Notes: a model not told the origin generated them from the sequence alone. A stretch of 64,000 nucleotides of DNA from Victivallaceae bacterium (GCA_024405675.1 JAKSOH010000001.1:22748-86747), one strand, 5' to 3'; shown: positions 36,305 through 46,361, counted from the stretch's first letter. Program-made: numbers and translations.

Positions 36305-37242
36305 GATCGCCTCCCTGCCAGTATCGCGACCAGGAAAATTCCGCCGATGCATGATGTCACCACTCCTACCGGGAGTTCCGCCACCGTTCCAACCGAGCGC
36401 GCGATCAGGTCGCAGACCATGAGGAAAAGCCCTCCGTATGCCGCGCATGGAACAATCGAACGCCGGTGGTCGCCTCCGTGCAGTTTTCGCACCGCGTGGG
36501 GAACGATCAGCCCGACGAATCCAATGATTCCAACTAGCGCCACGGAGCACGACGTCAGCAATGACGATATCGCGACTAAAACCATGCGTAACGCATGGGG
36601 ATTGTCGCCAAGACCCCAGGCGGTCTCGTCGCCAAGCAGCAGGGCGTTCATGCGTCCGGCGAGTCCTCTCAGAAGGACCAGCGCCGCTAGCGTCAGTCCG
36701 GCGGTTGCTGCAAGCGGAATGATGTCCGTGACCTGGAGGTCGCCAAGCAACCACCAGGTGATGCCGGCCAGTTCCTCGGCAGGGGCGATCGAGACCAGCC
36801 AGATTAGCGCACTGCTGGATATGGTCGCCACGGCCACGCCGGAGAGAATCAGCGATTCGCAGCCTCGGCGTCCGCATACCGCTACCGCGGCAAGCGCGAA
36901 TATCGCACCGATGAAAGCGCAGATCGGAACCGCACAGCCGAACGCGGCGGCCAGTCCGGTGACGAAGGCAATTGCCGCTCCAAGCGCCGCTCCGCCGGAT
37001 ATTCCGAGCGTGAATGGATCGGCCAGCGGGTTGTTAAGCGCTGTTTGGAGAGTTCCCCCGGACGTCGCAAGCGCGGCGCCTACAACTAGCGCGGCCAGTT
37101 GGCGAAGCATCCTGAGACGGCAAACCGGATCCAACGAGCCATCGGCGAACCATTCGGCCGGCGATATCCACCACGATCCGCCGCATGTTCCGATGAGGAA
37201 TGCCAGGGGAATGAGAATGACCGGTATCAATGTCTTGCGCAT
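36301..37242 (-). CDS. btuC: FecCD-family ABC permease (BtuC-like)
   Basis: 313 aa with AAGGAGG RBS. About 9 TM helices with FecCD motifs (GAALATSGGTLQTALNNPLADPFTLGISGGAALGA). Confidence 0.85.
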   Translation of the reverse strand: MRKTLIPVILIPLAFLIGTCGGSWWISPAEWFADGSLDPVCRLRMLRQLAALVVGAALATSGGTLQTALNNPLADPFTLGISGGAALGAAIAFVTGLAAAFGCAVPICAFIGAIFALAAVAVCGRRGCESLILSGVAVATISSSALIWLVSIAPAEELAGITWWLLGDLQVTDIIPLAATAGLTLAALVLLRGLAGRMNALLLGDETAWGLGDNPHALRMVLVAISSLLTSCSVALVGIIGFVGLIVPHAVRKLHGGDHRRSIVPCAAYGGLFLMVCDLIARSVGTVAELPVGVVTSCIGGIFLVAILAGRRS

Positions 37243-38051
37243 TCCAGCATCCTCCTTAATTTTTCCGCGCCATCCGGCATCCGCGGTCCCGGACGAAGCA
37301 CTGTAGAATCGCTTCTCAGGTCGAATACCTTTTTGTTCTTGACCGCTTCAAGCGTTCCCCAGAATCCGTCTCTGGCGTCGGGCGGAGGACCGGCCGCCGC
37401 CCATAGCACCACGTCGGGCCGGGCCTTTATCACGTAATCACGCGACATCCTGAAGTAGGCCGTCCTCCTGACGTCGCCGATGTTTTCTGCTCCGGCGAGT
37501 TGGGTCATTTCAGAGAGGAAGGAGTCGCTTCCTGCGGAAATCAGCGGGGAGTCGGACAGCACCCACAGCACTTTGGCTCCATTGCGTGGAAGTTTTTTCA
37601 GGACGGAGATCCGCCCGTCGAACCGCTGCCTTTCCGCCACGGTCCGCTTTTCGCAGCCCAGTTCCTTTCCCAGTCGCTCGAGCCAGAACAGATAGTCGGC
37701 GGAGTTCCTGCACGGATGGACAATGGTCTCGATGCCAAGAGAGCGCAACACCGATGCATGCGAGGGGACGATCAACGTGTCGGAAACAACCAAATCCGGC
37801 CTGGCTGCCGCTATTCGTTCCATGCTGGGGTTGCCGAATTCCCCGCACACGGGAAGCGCCATGGCCTCCTGGGGATAATCGCAGGCGCTGCTCCGTCCCG
37901 CGGCGCGTTCGCCGCCACCGATCAGGAATATGATTTCGGTAAGGGCAGGGGACAGAGACACCACTCTTTCAGCCGAATGCGCGGCAGGGCATGCGATCAG
38001 CAGTATCACCGTTAGCGCGATCAGCGCGTGATTCTGAATAAATTCTTGCAT
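37227..38051 (-). CDS. btuF: periplasmic cobalamin-binding protein (BtuF-like, class 8 PBP)
   Basis: Real start is ATG 38051. Signal peptide. Collinear with E. coli BtuF from memory: RVVSLSPALTEIIFLIG, NPSMERIAAARPDLVV, ...LRPGPRM. Confidence 0.8.
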   Translation of the reverse strand: MQEFIQNHALIALTVILLIACPAAHSAERVVSLSPALTEIIFLIGGGERAAGRSSACDYPQEAMALPVCGEFGNPSMERIAAARPDLVVSDTLIVPSHASVLRSLGIETIVHPCRNSADYLFWLERLGKELGCEKRTVAERQRFDGRISVLKKLPRNGAKVLWVLSDSPLISAGSDSFLSEMTQLAGAENIGDVRRTAYFRMSRDYVIKARPDVVLWAAAGPPPDARDGFWGTLEAVKNKKVFDLRSDSTVLRPGPRMPDGAEKLRRMLECARH

Positions 38052-38803
38052 ATCTTCACCTCGTCTTCTCCGCCGAACCAGCCCAGTCCGGCATTGAGCA
38101 TTTCCGCCTCCCCGCTTCCCCATCCCGAGGTCGTGTAGGTTATGGGACCGTTCGACGTTGCGTGGCCGTCCGCCCATGACACCGACGCCCTGTCTCCGTG
38201 CAGGAAGTGCATCGTCGGTTGCGCCTTCCCCATTCCGGAATCCCGCCCCATCGCGTCGATGAACAACGGCGGACATAGGTCGGATTGCTGGATATAGAGT
38301 CCCGATGACATCCCGGCGTTGTCGGAGAACATTATCGTCCTCGCGGGAGCCGTGACCTGCGCGGTGCACGCAGGTATAGCCAGGGTTCCCATGTATTCCG
38401 TCGCCCCGACCGCGGTCGAATATCCATAGGAGCCGCATCCGTTGTTGCCGCCTTCTTGTTGCAGATCCGCGGCCGGGCAGTCCCGAACGTCTTTGTCCCC
38501 TGCGTATTCCGCAAGACCTCCTTCGTCCGATATGTCGGACCCCCAGGTCCCTTTGGCGATGCCGCACCAGTAGTTGTTGCCCTGGCAGCTAGGCACGAAT
38601 TGGTTCTTCCAGTTCGATGCGTACATGATGTTGGCGCAGGCCAACTGCCTGACATTCGCCTGACACTTGACGGCGGCGCCGAATCCCCTTGCCTTTATCA
38701 GGCCCGGACCCAGTAGTGCGGCCAGCAGGCTTATGATGGTGATTACCACCAGCAGTTCCATCAGGGTGAAACACCCGATGCGACGACCTGGTGTCGTCTT
38801 CAT
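38021..38803 (-). CDS. prepilin-type N-terminal methylation-domain protein, DUF1559 / H-X9-DG family (type II secretion pseudopilin-like)
   Basis: N-terminus RRIGCFTLMELLVVITIISLLAALL. C-terminal H-X9-DG motif HGDRASVSWADG. First ORF downstream of the cobalamin riboswitch. Overlaps the btuF-like start by 31 nt. Confidence 0.85.
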   Translation of the reverse strand: MKTTPGRRIGCFTLMELLVVITIISLLAALLGPGLIKARGFGAAVKCQANVRQLACANIMYASNWKNQFVPSCQGNNYWCGIAKGTWGSDISDEGGLAEYAGDKDVRDCPAADLQQEGGNNGCGSYGYSTAVGATEYMGTLAIPACTAQVTAPARTIMFSDNAGMSSGLYIQQSDLCPPLFIDAMGRDSGMGKAQPTMHFLHGDRASVSWADGHATSNGPITYTTSGWGSGEAEMLNAGLGWFGGEDEVKICKNLFRITR

Positions 38804-38809
38804 GATTTC

Positions 38810-38945
38810 CTTTCCCCGCGTCTCTCGCGCGGCGAATGACGGAACGGCGGATCGGGATCTGGCTACGCGTCATGATTGGCGCTCACAGTTGCGGGACAGC
38901 TCCGGATTCTCACCGGATTCACCGAAAAACGGCCGTCGTTCCTCT
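38810..38945 (-). promoter_or_regulatory. cobalamin (B12) riboswitch
   Basis: The minus-strand leader contains GGTGAATCCGGTGAGAATCCGGAGCTGTCCCGCAACTGTGAGC (rc of 38881-38923), matching the conserved cobalamin aptamer core GGGAA-GGUGxxAAUCC-GCxGxCCCGCAACUGU. A B12-box-like AGCCAGATCCCGATCCGCC follows. Closing helix GGAACGACGG (38933-38942) / CCGCCGTTCC (38841-38850). Hairpin CCGCG-N7-CGCGG lies next to the RBS. Confidence 0.72.
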
Positions 38946-38962
38946 TCGTTTTAAAAACAGCA

Positions 38963-41344
38963 CTAGAAGATGCCCAGGCCGTCAAGCAACCTGACGGCGG
39001 ACATCGCATCCTTAGTATAGTGGTCGGCGCCTATGGCGTCGGCCGTCTCCTCGGTCAGCACCGCTCCGCCGACCCAGATCGGGGCGAAGCATCCGGCTTT
39101 CTTCAACAGGGATATCGTCTTTTCCATGTTCGGGACCGTGGTGGTCATCAACGCGCTCAGGCCGACGACCTTTGGTGCATATTTTCTCCAGGCCCCGACG
39201 ACATCCTCGGCCTTGACGTCTTTGCCCAGGTCAATCACTCCGTAACCATAGCTTTGCAGAACCACCTTGACGATGTTCTTTCCAATGTCGTGGATGTCTC
39301 CCTCCACGGTGCATATCATCACCGGACCCTTAGCCGCCGAAGCGGACGGCAGCTTGGTTTGGATGACTTCGAAAGCCGCCTTGGCCGCCTCCGCGGACCG
39401 CAGCAGCTGCGGGAGGAACAACTTTCCTGACTCGTAGTCGTGTCCGACCGAGTCTAGGGTCGGAATGACCGTGCGGTCCACTACGTCCAGCGGTTCCCGC
39501 CCAGCTAGTTCCGCTTGTGCCAGCAGCCTTGCCTTGTCCGCAAGTCCGCGATAGATGGCCTGTTCCAATGTGTCATCCGTCTCCAATGTCGGTTGTACTG
39601 TTTTTGTCGCCGTTGTCGTCGTCGTTGTCGCGTCATCGGCATGGCGTCCGATATAGACTGTCGCACCGGAGTCTGAACCATCCAAAACGGCAAAGGCGTC
39701 GACCGTGCCCGTCATCTGTGTGTCGAGCGGATTGATTATCGGCATGTCGAGACCATCCTCCAGCGCCATGGCGAGGAAAGTACGGTTCAGCAGCTGGCGG
39801 TTGGGCAATCCAAACGACACGTTGGAGACGCCGAGCGCGGTGAGCATGCCGCGTTTCGAAACGCTACGGAGCGCCTTCAGCGTCTCCCGTACCGCTGATT
39901 GCTGTGCGGATGCGGTCAGGGTAAGGCAGTCGACGACAATCCTACTTTCCGGAATGCCGAACTCCGCGGCTTTCGCAACAATCCGGTCGACTATGGCCAA
40001 ACGTTCTTCCGCCGTTTCCGGTACGGAGTCGTCGAGCGCCAGTGCGATGACAATGGCGCCGTACTTCGCCGCGATCGGCAGTATGGCGTTCATGGACGAC
40101 TGCTTGCCATTGACGGAATTGATTATCGGCCGACCGTTGTAGCACCGGCATGCGGCCTCCACCGCCTTCGGGTCCGACGAGTCGATCTGCAGCGGCAGGT
40201 CAACGACTTCCTGCAGCATGGGAATGACCTTGCGCAACGTTTCCGCCTCGTCTATTCCGGGCAGTCCGACGTTCACGTCGAGTACATCGGCGCCGGCCTC
40301 GTCCTGACGTATGGCCTCGGCCACGAGATAATCCAGCCGTCCCTCACGCAAGGCCGATTGCATTTTCTTCTTGCCGGTTGGATTTATGCGTTCGCCGCAT
40401 ACTACCGGCCGTCCTCCGAATACCACCGTCTTGGTGCCGGAGGAGACGGCAGCCGGAGCGACGACATGTCTCTTGGCGACGTTTCTTGGCAACATTCTTT
40501 TCATGGCCGCGATATGTTCCGGGGTGGTGCCGCAGCAACCGCCGGCAACCGCGATTCCGGATTTCGCGAACGCCGCCATGGCGCTTGCGAATTCATCCGG
40601 ACCTACCGGAAATACTGTCGTTCCATCTCGGATTTCCGGTATTCCGGCGTTGGGCTGCACGAGCACGGGCACCGTCGCGCTGGCCAGGAGTTCGTTGACC
40701 ATCGGTTCTATTTCAACCGGCCCCAGCGAGCAGTTGACGCCTATCGCATCAACGCCCAGTCCCTCCGCTACGTTGACGAAAGTTCGCACATCGGTTCCGG
40801 TCATGGTTCTTCCATTCTTCTCGAAGGTCATGGATGCAAACACCGGAAGATTAGAATGTTCCTTCGCGGCCAGAATCGCGGCTTTGAGTTCGTAGAGATC
40901 GGTCATCGTCTCCAGTAGCACCACGTCCACGTCGTCCGCCGCTATGGATATGATTTCCGAAAAGACATCGCATGCCTCGTCGAACGGCAGCGTTCCTATC
41001 GGTTGGAGCATTCGGCCGATTGGTCCGATGTCGAGCGCCACCGCGGTGGACTTTTTGCATTTCCTCACTGCGTTCCGGGCGTTTTTCACCGCCGATTCTA
41101 CCAATAGTCGAACGTCGTGGCGACATTCCGCCATGCGCAGCCGGTTGCATCCGAAGGTGTTGCAACTGACGATATCGGCTCCGGCGGCCAGATAGGACTC
41201 GTGTATTTGCGATATGAGTTCCGGGCAGTCGACGTTGAGTTCCTCGGGGAAGCGCACCATTGGGGCTTTCGCCTTCTGTATCATGGTGCCCATTCCGCCG
41301 TCGAAAACGAGCAGCCTCTTGTCAAATCCTTCCAGCATTTTCAA
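38963..41344 (-). CDS. metH: cobalamin-dependent methionine synthase, short form lacking the reactivation domain
   Basis: Hcy-methyltransferase N-terminus (VFDGGMGTMIQ), pterin-binding domain, B12-binding DxHxxG motif (EGDIHDIGKN). 793 aa, so there is no AdoMet activation domain. Confidence 0.9.
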   Translation of the reverse strand: MKMLEGFDKRLLVFDGGMGTMIQKAKAPMVRFPEELNVDCPELISQIHESYLAAGADIVSCNTFGCNRLRMAECRHDVRLLVESAVKNARNAVRKCKKSTAVALDIGPIGRMLQPIGTLPFDEACDVFSEIISIAADDVDVVLLETMTDLYELKAAILAAKEHSNLPVFASMTFEKNGRTMTGTDVRTFVNVAEGLGVDAIGVNCSLGPVEIEPMVNELLASATVPVLVQPNAGIPEIRDGTTVFPVGPDEFASAMAAFAKSGIAVAGGCCGTTPEHIAAMKRMLPRNVAKRHVVAPAAVSSGTKTVVFGGRPVVCGERINPTGKKKMQSALREGRLDYLVAEAIRQDEAGADVLDVNVGLPGIDEAETLRKVIPMLQEVVDLPLQIDSSDPKAVEAACRCYNGRPIINSVNGKQSSMNAILPIAAKYGAIVIALALDDSVPETAEERLAIVDRIVAKAAEFGIPESRIVVDCLTLTASAQQSAVRETLKALRSVSKRGMLTALGVSNVSFGLPNRQLLNRTFLAMALEDGLDMPIINPLDTQMTGTVDAFAVLDGSDSGATVYIGRHADDATTTTTTATKTVQPTLETDDTLEQAIYRGLADKARLLAQAELAGREPLDVVDRTVIPTLDSVGHDYESGKLFLPQLLRSAEAAKAAFEVIQTKLPSASAAKGPVMICTVEGDIHDIGKNIVKVVLQSYGYGVIDLGKDVKAEDVVGAWRKYAPKVVGLSALMTTTVPNMEKTISLLKKAGCFAPIWVGGAVLTEETADAIGADHYTKDAMSAVRLLDGLGIF

Positions 41345-41351
41345 TTCCGTT

Positions 41352-41900
41352 CTAGTTTTCCTGTATACCGGTTATTCCTAGGATCGATTTCTGCGGGATG
41401 AACATTCCGCCTTCCGTCAGCGATATTCCAGTTGTTCTCGCAATGTCCAGGGTTTCGCAAAGCATATGGTTCAGCGCGAGCGGTATGTCTCCGTATCCCG
41501 GAGCCATTCTGAATGTACGCCCGGTTCCAATGACCCGGTCCTCGTATTCGTCCAGCATTTCCTCCAGTATCGCCGACGCCGCCGCGTCATGCGTCACGCA
41601 ACTGCCCATGTCTGTCACTTGCATGCGTCTGAGCAACCGTTCCACGCCCATTCCAAGCGTTCCTGCCACCACCGCGACTTCGACGCAACCGGCGAATTCC
41701 GCGACGAGGTCGCTCGATTCCAAGTCTATGCCGAAATCAGTCATCCTGCCTTTGCTGTAATGCGATCGGTAGACGGCCGCCCTGAACTCGCTGGCGTCGA
41801 TTATCGCGTCTACCGCCTTGTCTAGGCCGGGCACGTCTTCAGCCGCCGTTGCGCGGAGATAGCCGGCGGCCACGCCGGCGGCATGTCTCCGGTCAATCAC
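41352..41900 (-). CDS. stand-alone methionine synthase activation (reactivation) domain protein
   Basis: Motifs FRMAPGYGDIPL...ISLTEGGMFIPQKSILGITG resemble the MetH C-terminal activation domain (PF02965). Start proposed at GTG 41900, overlapping the metF stop as GTGA. The tracked ATG 41927 is the alternative. Confidence 0.65.
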   Translation of the reverse strand: MIDRRHAAGVAAGYLRATAAEDVPGLDKAVDAIIDASEFRAAVYRSHYSKGRMTDFGIDLESSDLVAEFAGCVEVAVVAGTLGMGVERLLRRMQVTDMGSCVTHDAAASAILEEMLDEYEDRVIGTGRTFRMAPGYGDIPLALNHMLCETLDIARTTGISLTEGGMFIPQKSILGITGIQEN

Positions 41901-42763
41901 CCGACGATGTTCCTGATTCCGTCGCAAATGCGACGCGCCACCGCCGGATTGTTCATGGTGTAGAGGTGTATTCCACGCACGTCGTGCGCCAGCAGGTCGA
42001 TGATTTGATTTATCGCATAGTATAATCCGGCGTCGAACAACGCATCGCGGTTCTCTCCGAACTTCCGGATTATCCTCTCGAGTCCGTCGGTCAGCGTCGC
42101 TCCGCAGATTGTGATCATCTTCTGTATCAGGGCTGCGTTGATGACCGGCATTATTCCCGGAATCACCGGAATTTCGATTCCCGACAACCGGCAGTCCTCC
42201 AGATGGCGGTAGAAGCGGTCGTTGCCGAAAAAGAGCTGCGAAAGCAGGAACTCCGCGCCGGCATCGACCTTTTTCCTGAGATTGCGAATCTCGCTAACCC
42301 GGTCGGCGGATTCCGGATGTATTTCCGGATAGCAGGCGCCGGCCACCGTGAAGTCATATTTCGACTTGAGATAGGAGACCAGGTCGGACGCGTGGGCGAA
42401 GTCGTCCTTCGCCGGGACCTGCGGACTGCGGTCTCCGCGGAGGGCCAGGATGTTTTCAAGACCTTCGTCCATGAGTTGCCTGGCGAATTCGTCGATCTCC
42501 TGCTTCGAATAGCAGAAGCATGTCAGATGGACTAGCGGTTCGATGCCGTATTGGTCTTTAATCTTCTTTGCCAGCGCGATGGTGCGGTTCCGGTTAGTGC
42601 TTCCGGCTGCGCCGAAGGTCACGCTGATGAAATCCGGATGCAATTCCGCGAGAATGTCCAGCGTCGGGTCGATGTTTTCGAGTTCCGAATCCTTCTTCGG
42701 CGGGAATATCTCGAATGACAGCACCGGCTTGGGTTTGTTCGTGTATATATTGCTTATCTTCAT
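41897..42763 (-). CDS. metF: 5,10-methylenetetrahydrofolate reductase
   Basis: Real start is ATG 42763 (GGAGGA upstream, ATGA overlap with the trmH stop). MetF motifs SFEIFPPK, ISVTFGAAGS, LVHLTC, ILALRGD. Confidence 0.9.
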   Translation of the reverse strand: MKISNIYTNKPKPVLSFEIFPPKKDSELENIDPTLDILAELHPDFISVTFGAAGSTNRNRTIALAKKIKDQYGIEPLVHLTCFCYSKQEIDEFARQLMDEGLENILALRGDRSPQVPAKDDFAHASDLVSYLKSKYDFTVAGACYPEIHPESADRVSEIRNLRKKVDAGAEFLLSQLFFGNDRFYRHLEDCRLSGIEIPVIPGIMPVINAALIQKMITICGATLTDGLERIIRKFGENRDALFDAGLYYAINQIIDLLAHDVRGIHLYTMNNPAVARRICDGIRNIVG

Positions 42764-43590
42764 TTGGTTCCTCCGTTGGATGCCGTGCGGAAATCGCGCT
42801 GCCTGGCCGCTTCGTAGAGCAGTACGGTCGCCGCAGTGGAGACGTTTAACGAATCTATCTTGCCGAGCATGGGAATGACCACTTTCATGTCGGCTCCGTT
42901 CATCCAGAAGTCGGTAAGACCGGTCTGCTCGGCCCCGACCACTATCGCCGTCGCCTTCGTCAAGTCGACGTCGGTGTACTTGAGATCGGTGTGGGGAGTC
43001 GCTGCCAATGTCGCCACATCGTGTCTGCGGAGCCACGCCATGGCCTCCTCGTTGGTGCATTCCGCGAGCGGCATGGAGAATATCGCGCCTGTGCTCGCCC
43101 TTATGACGTTGGGGTTGTAGATGTCGGTGCCTTTTTCGCAGACGATGACACCATCGGCGCCGACCGCATCGGCGCTCCGCAGCATCGACCCGAGGTTTCC
43201 GGGCTTTTCTATCGTTTCCGCCACCATGTAGAGTCCGTTGGGGACGAACTTCATGCTGGCGAGATCGTGGTTGCGCATTTTCGCCACCGCTAGCAACCCC
43301 TCCGGCCGGTCGCGATAGGACACCTTCTCCAGGAGTCCGGGCGCGAGCCGGCGCACGGATATGCCGCTTTTTGCCAGACTCTCCAGCAACGGGTATTCGT
43401 TTTCACCGAGAAACAGTTCCGGTGAGAAGAAGCACTCGGTCAGCGTCATACCGTATTCCACGGCCCGTGTCAGTTCGCGGTAGCCTTCGAGCAGCGTGAG
43501 TCGCTCCCGGTCGCGGTGGCGGCGGTCGCGTAACTTCACTAGATGTTTCATCGCGTCGTTCTTGGCGCTGGTTATGATGTCGAATTCCAT
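42760..43590 (-). CDS. TrmH/SpoU-family RNA 2'-O-methyltransferase
   Basis: Real start is ATG 43590. SpoU motifs NLGSMLRSADAVGADGV, IVVGAEQTGL, IPMLGKIDSLNVSTAATVLLYE. Confidence 0.85.
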   Translation of the reverse strand: MEFDIITSAKNDAMKHLVKLRDRRHRDRERLTLLEGYRELTRAVEYGMTLTECFFSPELFLGENEYPLLESLAKSGISVRRLAPGLLEKVSYRDRPEGLLAVAKMRNHDLASMKFVPNGLYMVAETIEKPGNLGSMLRSADAVGADGVIVCEKGTDIYNPNVIRASTGAIFSMPLAECTNEEAMAWLRRHDVATLAATPHTDLKYTDVDLTKATAIVVGAEQTGLTDFWMNGADMKVVIPMLGKIDSLNVSTAATVLLYEAARQRDFRTASNGGTK

Positions 43591-43754
43591 GTTCCCGTGT
43601 CCAAATGTAACCTTGTGTCGCAGCGGTGGACAAAATGACTCATTACAATATAGCGCGCGCCCGTAAGCGATTCCAACGCGGAGGATTTGGCACGTATTTT
43701 GTTGTATGAGGTTGTGGTCATGGGAGTCGATGACAAACATAGGAGGAAACGATT

Positions 43755-46340
43755 ATGACTACTGACAAGTATACGGAAAAGACGATTGCGGCGCTCCAGA
43801 CGGCGGTGGGAATCGCCCAGAACTACAAGAACAACGAGGTGTCTTCGTTGCACCTGCTTTCCGCTCTGTACGCCGACGATCAGGGACTGGTCAGGTCGAT
43901 GCTGTCCAGGCTCGGAGTCGAGAAAAACGGGTTTTCCGCGGAACTGACCAAGGAGCTGGCCGGGCTTCCGAAGGTCGGTCATCTCGACAGCATGCCATCG
44001 ATAAGCGTCGAGCTTTCGGCGGTACTGGAAGACGCGGAGAAACGCGCCGAGTCAATGCATGACGAGTATGTGAGCGTCGAGCATCTGCTCATCTCCATCA
44101 GCGCGGCCGGCGGACGGGCTGGCAAACTTCTCACCAAGTTCGGTGTGGATTCAAACGCGGTGCTCCGAGCCGCTCAGGAAGTTCGCGGTAACCAGCGCGT
44201 GACGTCAAAGACCCCGGAAGCGACCTTCGAGGCGTTGTCGAAATACTCGAGGGATCTCACTTTGGCGGCCCGGCAGGAGAAGCTGGATCCCGTTATCGGC
44301 AGGGATGACGAGATACGCCGTATGATCCAGATATTGTCGCGCCGTACGAAGAACAACCCAGTGCTGATCGGCGAACCCGGCGTCGGAAAAACTGCCATCG
44401 TCGAAGGGCTGGCCCGTCGTATCGTTCGCGGCGACGTGCCGGAAAGCCTCAAGGACCGCCAGCTGGTGTCGCTCGACATGGGAGCGCTCATCGCCGGGGC
44501 GAAATATCGTGGCGAGTTTGAGGAACGTCTCAAGGCGGTGCTCAAGGAGGTTACGTCCTCCAACGGGCGCATCATACTTTTCATCGACGAACTCCACACC
44601 GTCGTGGGAGCCGGTGCCAGCGAGGGCAGCATGGATGCTGGAAACCTGCTCAAACCGATGCTGGCCAGGGGCGAGCTCCATTGCATTGGCGCTACGACCC
44701 TGGACGAGTACCGCAAATATATAGAGAAGGATCCGGCGCTGGAACGCCGCTTCCAGTCGATACTGGTCGATCAGCCGTCGGTGGAGGACACCATCTCCAT
44801 TCTCCGTGGACTCAAGGAAAGGTACGAGATACACCACGGGGTCAAGCTCCACGACGCCGCGCTGGTGGCGGCCGCGGTGCTTTCCGACAAGTACATTTCC
44901 GACCGGTTCCTGCCTGACAAGGCGATAGACCTGATCGATGAGGCCGCGGCCGTAATCCGCACTGAGATAGATAGCTCCCCCGAGGAGCTGGACGAGAACG
45001 AGCGCAGGGTGACCCAGTTGGAAATCGAACTGACCGGTCTTCGAAACGAGACGGATCCAGCTTCCGTCAAGCGCCGCGAGAATCTAGAGAAGGAGATTGC
45101 GGAGCTTCAGTCGGTCGGCAAGGAGCTGCGCGCCAGGTACGATAACGAGAAGAAGTCAATCGCCGAGCTACGGAAGTTGCGCGAGGGACTCGAGGCCGCC
45201 AAGACCAAGCTGGAGGAGGCCACGCGGGTGTCGGATCTCGAGAAGGCTGCCGAACTCCGGTACGGCATAATTCCCGGTCTCGAAAAGCAGATTAGGGCGG
45301 CCGAGGACGCCATTCGCGAATCCGAATCGTCGTCGGGACGTCTTCTCAAGGAGGAGGTCGGTGAAGATGACATCGCCCAGATCATCAGCCGGTGGACCCA
45401 CATTCCGGTCAGCAAACTGGTGCAGTCGGAATGTGAAAAGCTTATGCATCTCTCCGACCGGCTGCACGAGAGGGTAATCGGCCAGGACGAGGCGGTGACA
45501 GCCGTTTCTGATGCGGTGCTTCGAGCCCGGGCCGGACTTCAGAATCCGAACCGCCCGATTGCCAGCTTCATCTTTATGGGGCCGACCGGAGTTGGAAAGA
45601 CCGAACTGGCCAAGGCATTGGCCGGAGACCTTTTCGACGACGAGCGCGCCATGATAAGGATCGATATGTCGGAGTACATGGAGAAGGAAAACGTCTCTCG
45701 ACTGATCGGCGCGCCTCCGGGATACATCGGCTATGACGAGGGCGGCCAGCTCTCGGAGGCGGTTCGCAGGCACCCGTATTCAGTGGTGCTGTTCGACGAA
45801 ATCGAGAAGGCGCACCGCGACGTGTTCAACGTGTTGCTGCAGATTCTCGAGGACGGACGGGTCACCGATAGCCATGGCCGCACGGTGAGCTTCAAGAACA
45901 CGATTATCATCATGACGAGCAATCTTGGAAGCGACCTGATACTCTCCGGTCGCGACAAGGGAGACGACAAGATCAAGGAGGAGTTGCTGGCCGAGCTCAG
46001 GGTACATTTCCGTCCGGAGTTCCTGAACCGTATTGACGAGATATTGTTCTTCAAGGCCCTGGGAAAGGACGACATCCTGAAGATTGTCGACATCCAGCTT
46101 GAGCAGTTGGCTGCACGCCTGGCGGACAGGAACATCGGACTGGAGGTCTCGGACGAGGCGAAGCAGTTCATCGCCGACAGCGGATACGATCCGGACTTCG
46201 GGGCCCGTCCGCTCAAGCGGGCCATAATCCGCTTGGTCGAAACTCCGTTGAGCCGGCATATCGTTGATGGCAAGTTCTTGCCCGGCGGAAAGGTGCGTAT
46301 CGACAATGAGGGCGACAGCCTGCGGTTTTCCGCGGTCTGA
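43755..46340 (+). CDS. clpB: ATP-dependent chaperone ClpB
   Basis: 861 aa with AGGAGG RBS. Two AAA+ modules ([18 protein letters not shown]) with a long middle coiled-coil domain. Clp N-domain present. Confidence 0.95.
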   Translation: MTTDKYTEKTIAALQTAVGIAQNYKNNEVSSLHLLSALYADDQGLVRSMLSRLGVEKNGFSAELTKELAGLPKVGHLDSMPSISVELSAVLEDAEKRAESMHDEYVSVEHLLISISAAGGRAGKLLTKFGVDSNAVLRAAQEVRGNQRVTSKTPEATFEALSKYSRDLTLAARQEKLDPVIGRDDEIRRMIQILSRRTKNNPVLIGEPGVGKTAIVEGLARRIVRGDVPESLKDRQLVSLDMGALIAGAKYRGEFEERLKAVLKEVTSSNGRIILFIDELHTVVGAGASEGSMDAGNLLKPMLARGELHCIGATTLDEYRKYIEKDPALERRFQSILVDQPSVEDTISILRGLKERYEIHHGVKLHDAALVAAAVLSDKYISDRFLPDKAIDLIDEAAAVIRTEIDSSPEELDENERRVTQLEIELTGLRNETDPASVKRRENLEKEIAELQSVGKELRARYDNEKKSIAELRKLREGLEAAKTKLEEATRVSDLEKAAELRYGIIPGLEKQIRAAEDAIRESESSSGRLLKEEVGEDDIAQIISRWTHIPVSKLVQSECEKLMHLSDRLHERVIGQDEAVTAVSDAVLRARAGLQNPNRPIASFIFMGPTGVGKTELAKALAGDLFDDERAMIRIDMSEYMEKENVSRLIGAPPGYIGYDEGGQLSEAVRRHPYSVVLFDEIEKAHRDVFNVLLQILEDGRVTDSHGRTVSFKNTIIIMTSNLGSDLILSGRDKGDDKIKEELLAELRVHFRPEFLNRIDEILFFKALGKDDILKIVDIQLEQLAARLADRNIGLEVSDEAKQFIADSGYDPDFGARPLKRAIIRLVETPLSRHIVDGKFLPGGKVRIDNEGDSLRFSAV

Positions 46341-46361
46341 TTCGGACAAGATAGGGCTTCA

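Noticed and set aside
36305-36877. Arg/Gly-rich N-terminal extensions of the tracked ORFs for btuD (to 36877), btuF (to 38567), metF (to 43060) and trmH (to 43740)
   Set aside because: The extensions overlap the upstream gene in another frame and lack homology. The conserved proteins start at internal ATGs that form ATGA overlaps or have strong RBSs.
43688-43702. Sigma54-like element TGGCACGTATTTTGT about 55 nt upstream of clpB
   Set aside because: The -24 TGGCAC is perfect, but the -12 element reads TTGT instead of the highly conserved TTGC. No enhancer-binding protein gene is nearby. I also looked for CIRCE (TTAGCACTC-N9-GAGTGCTAA) and found none. A mapped TSS about 12 nt downstream would revive the idea.
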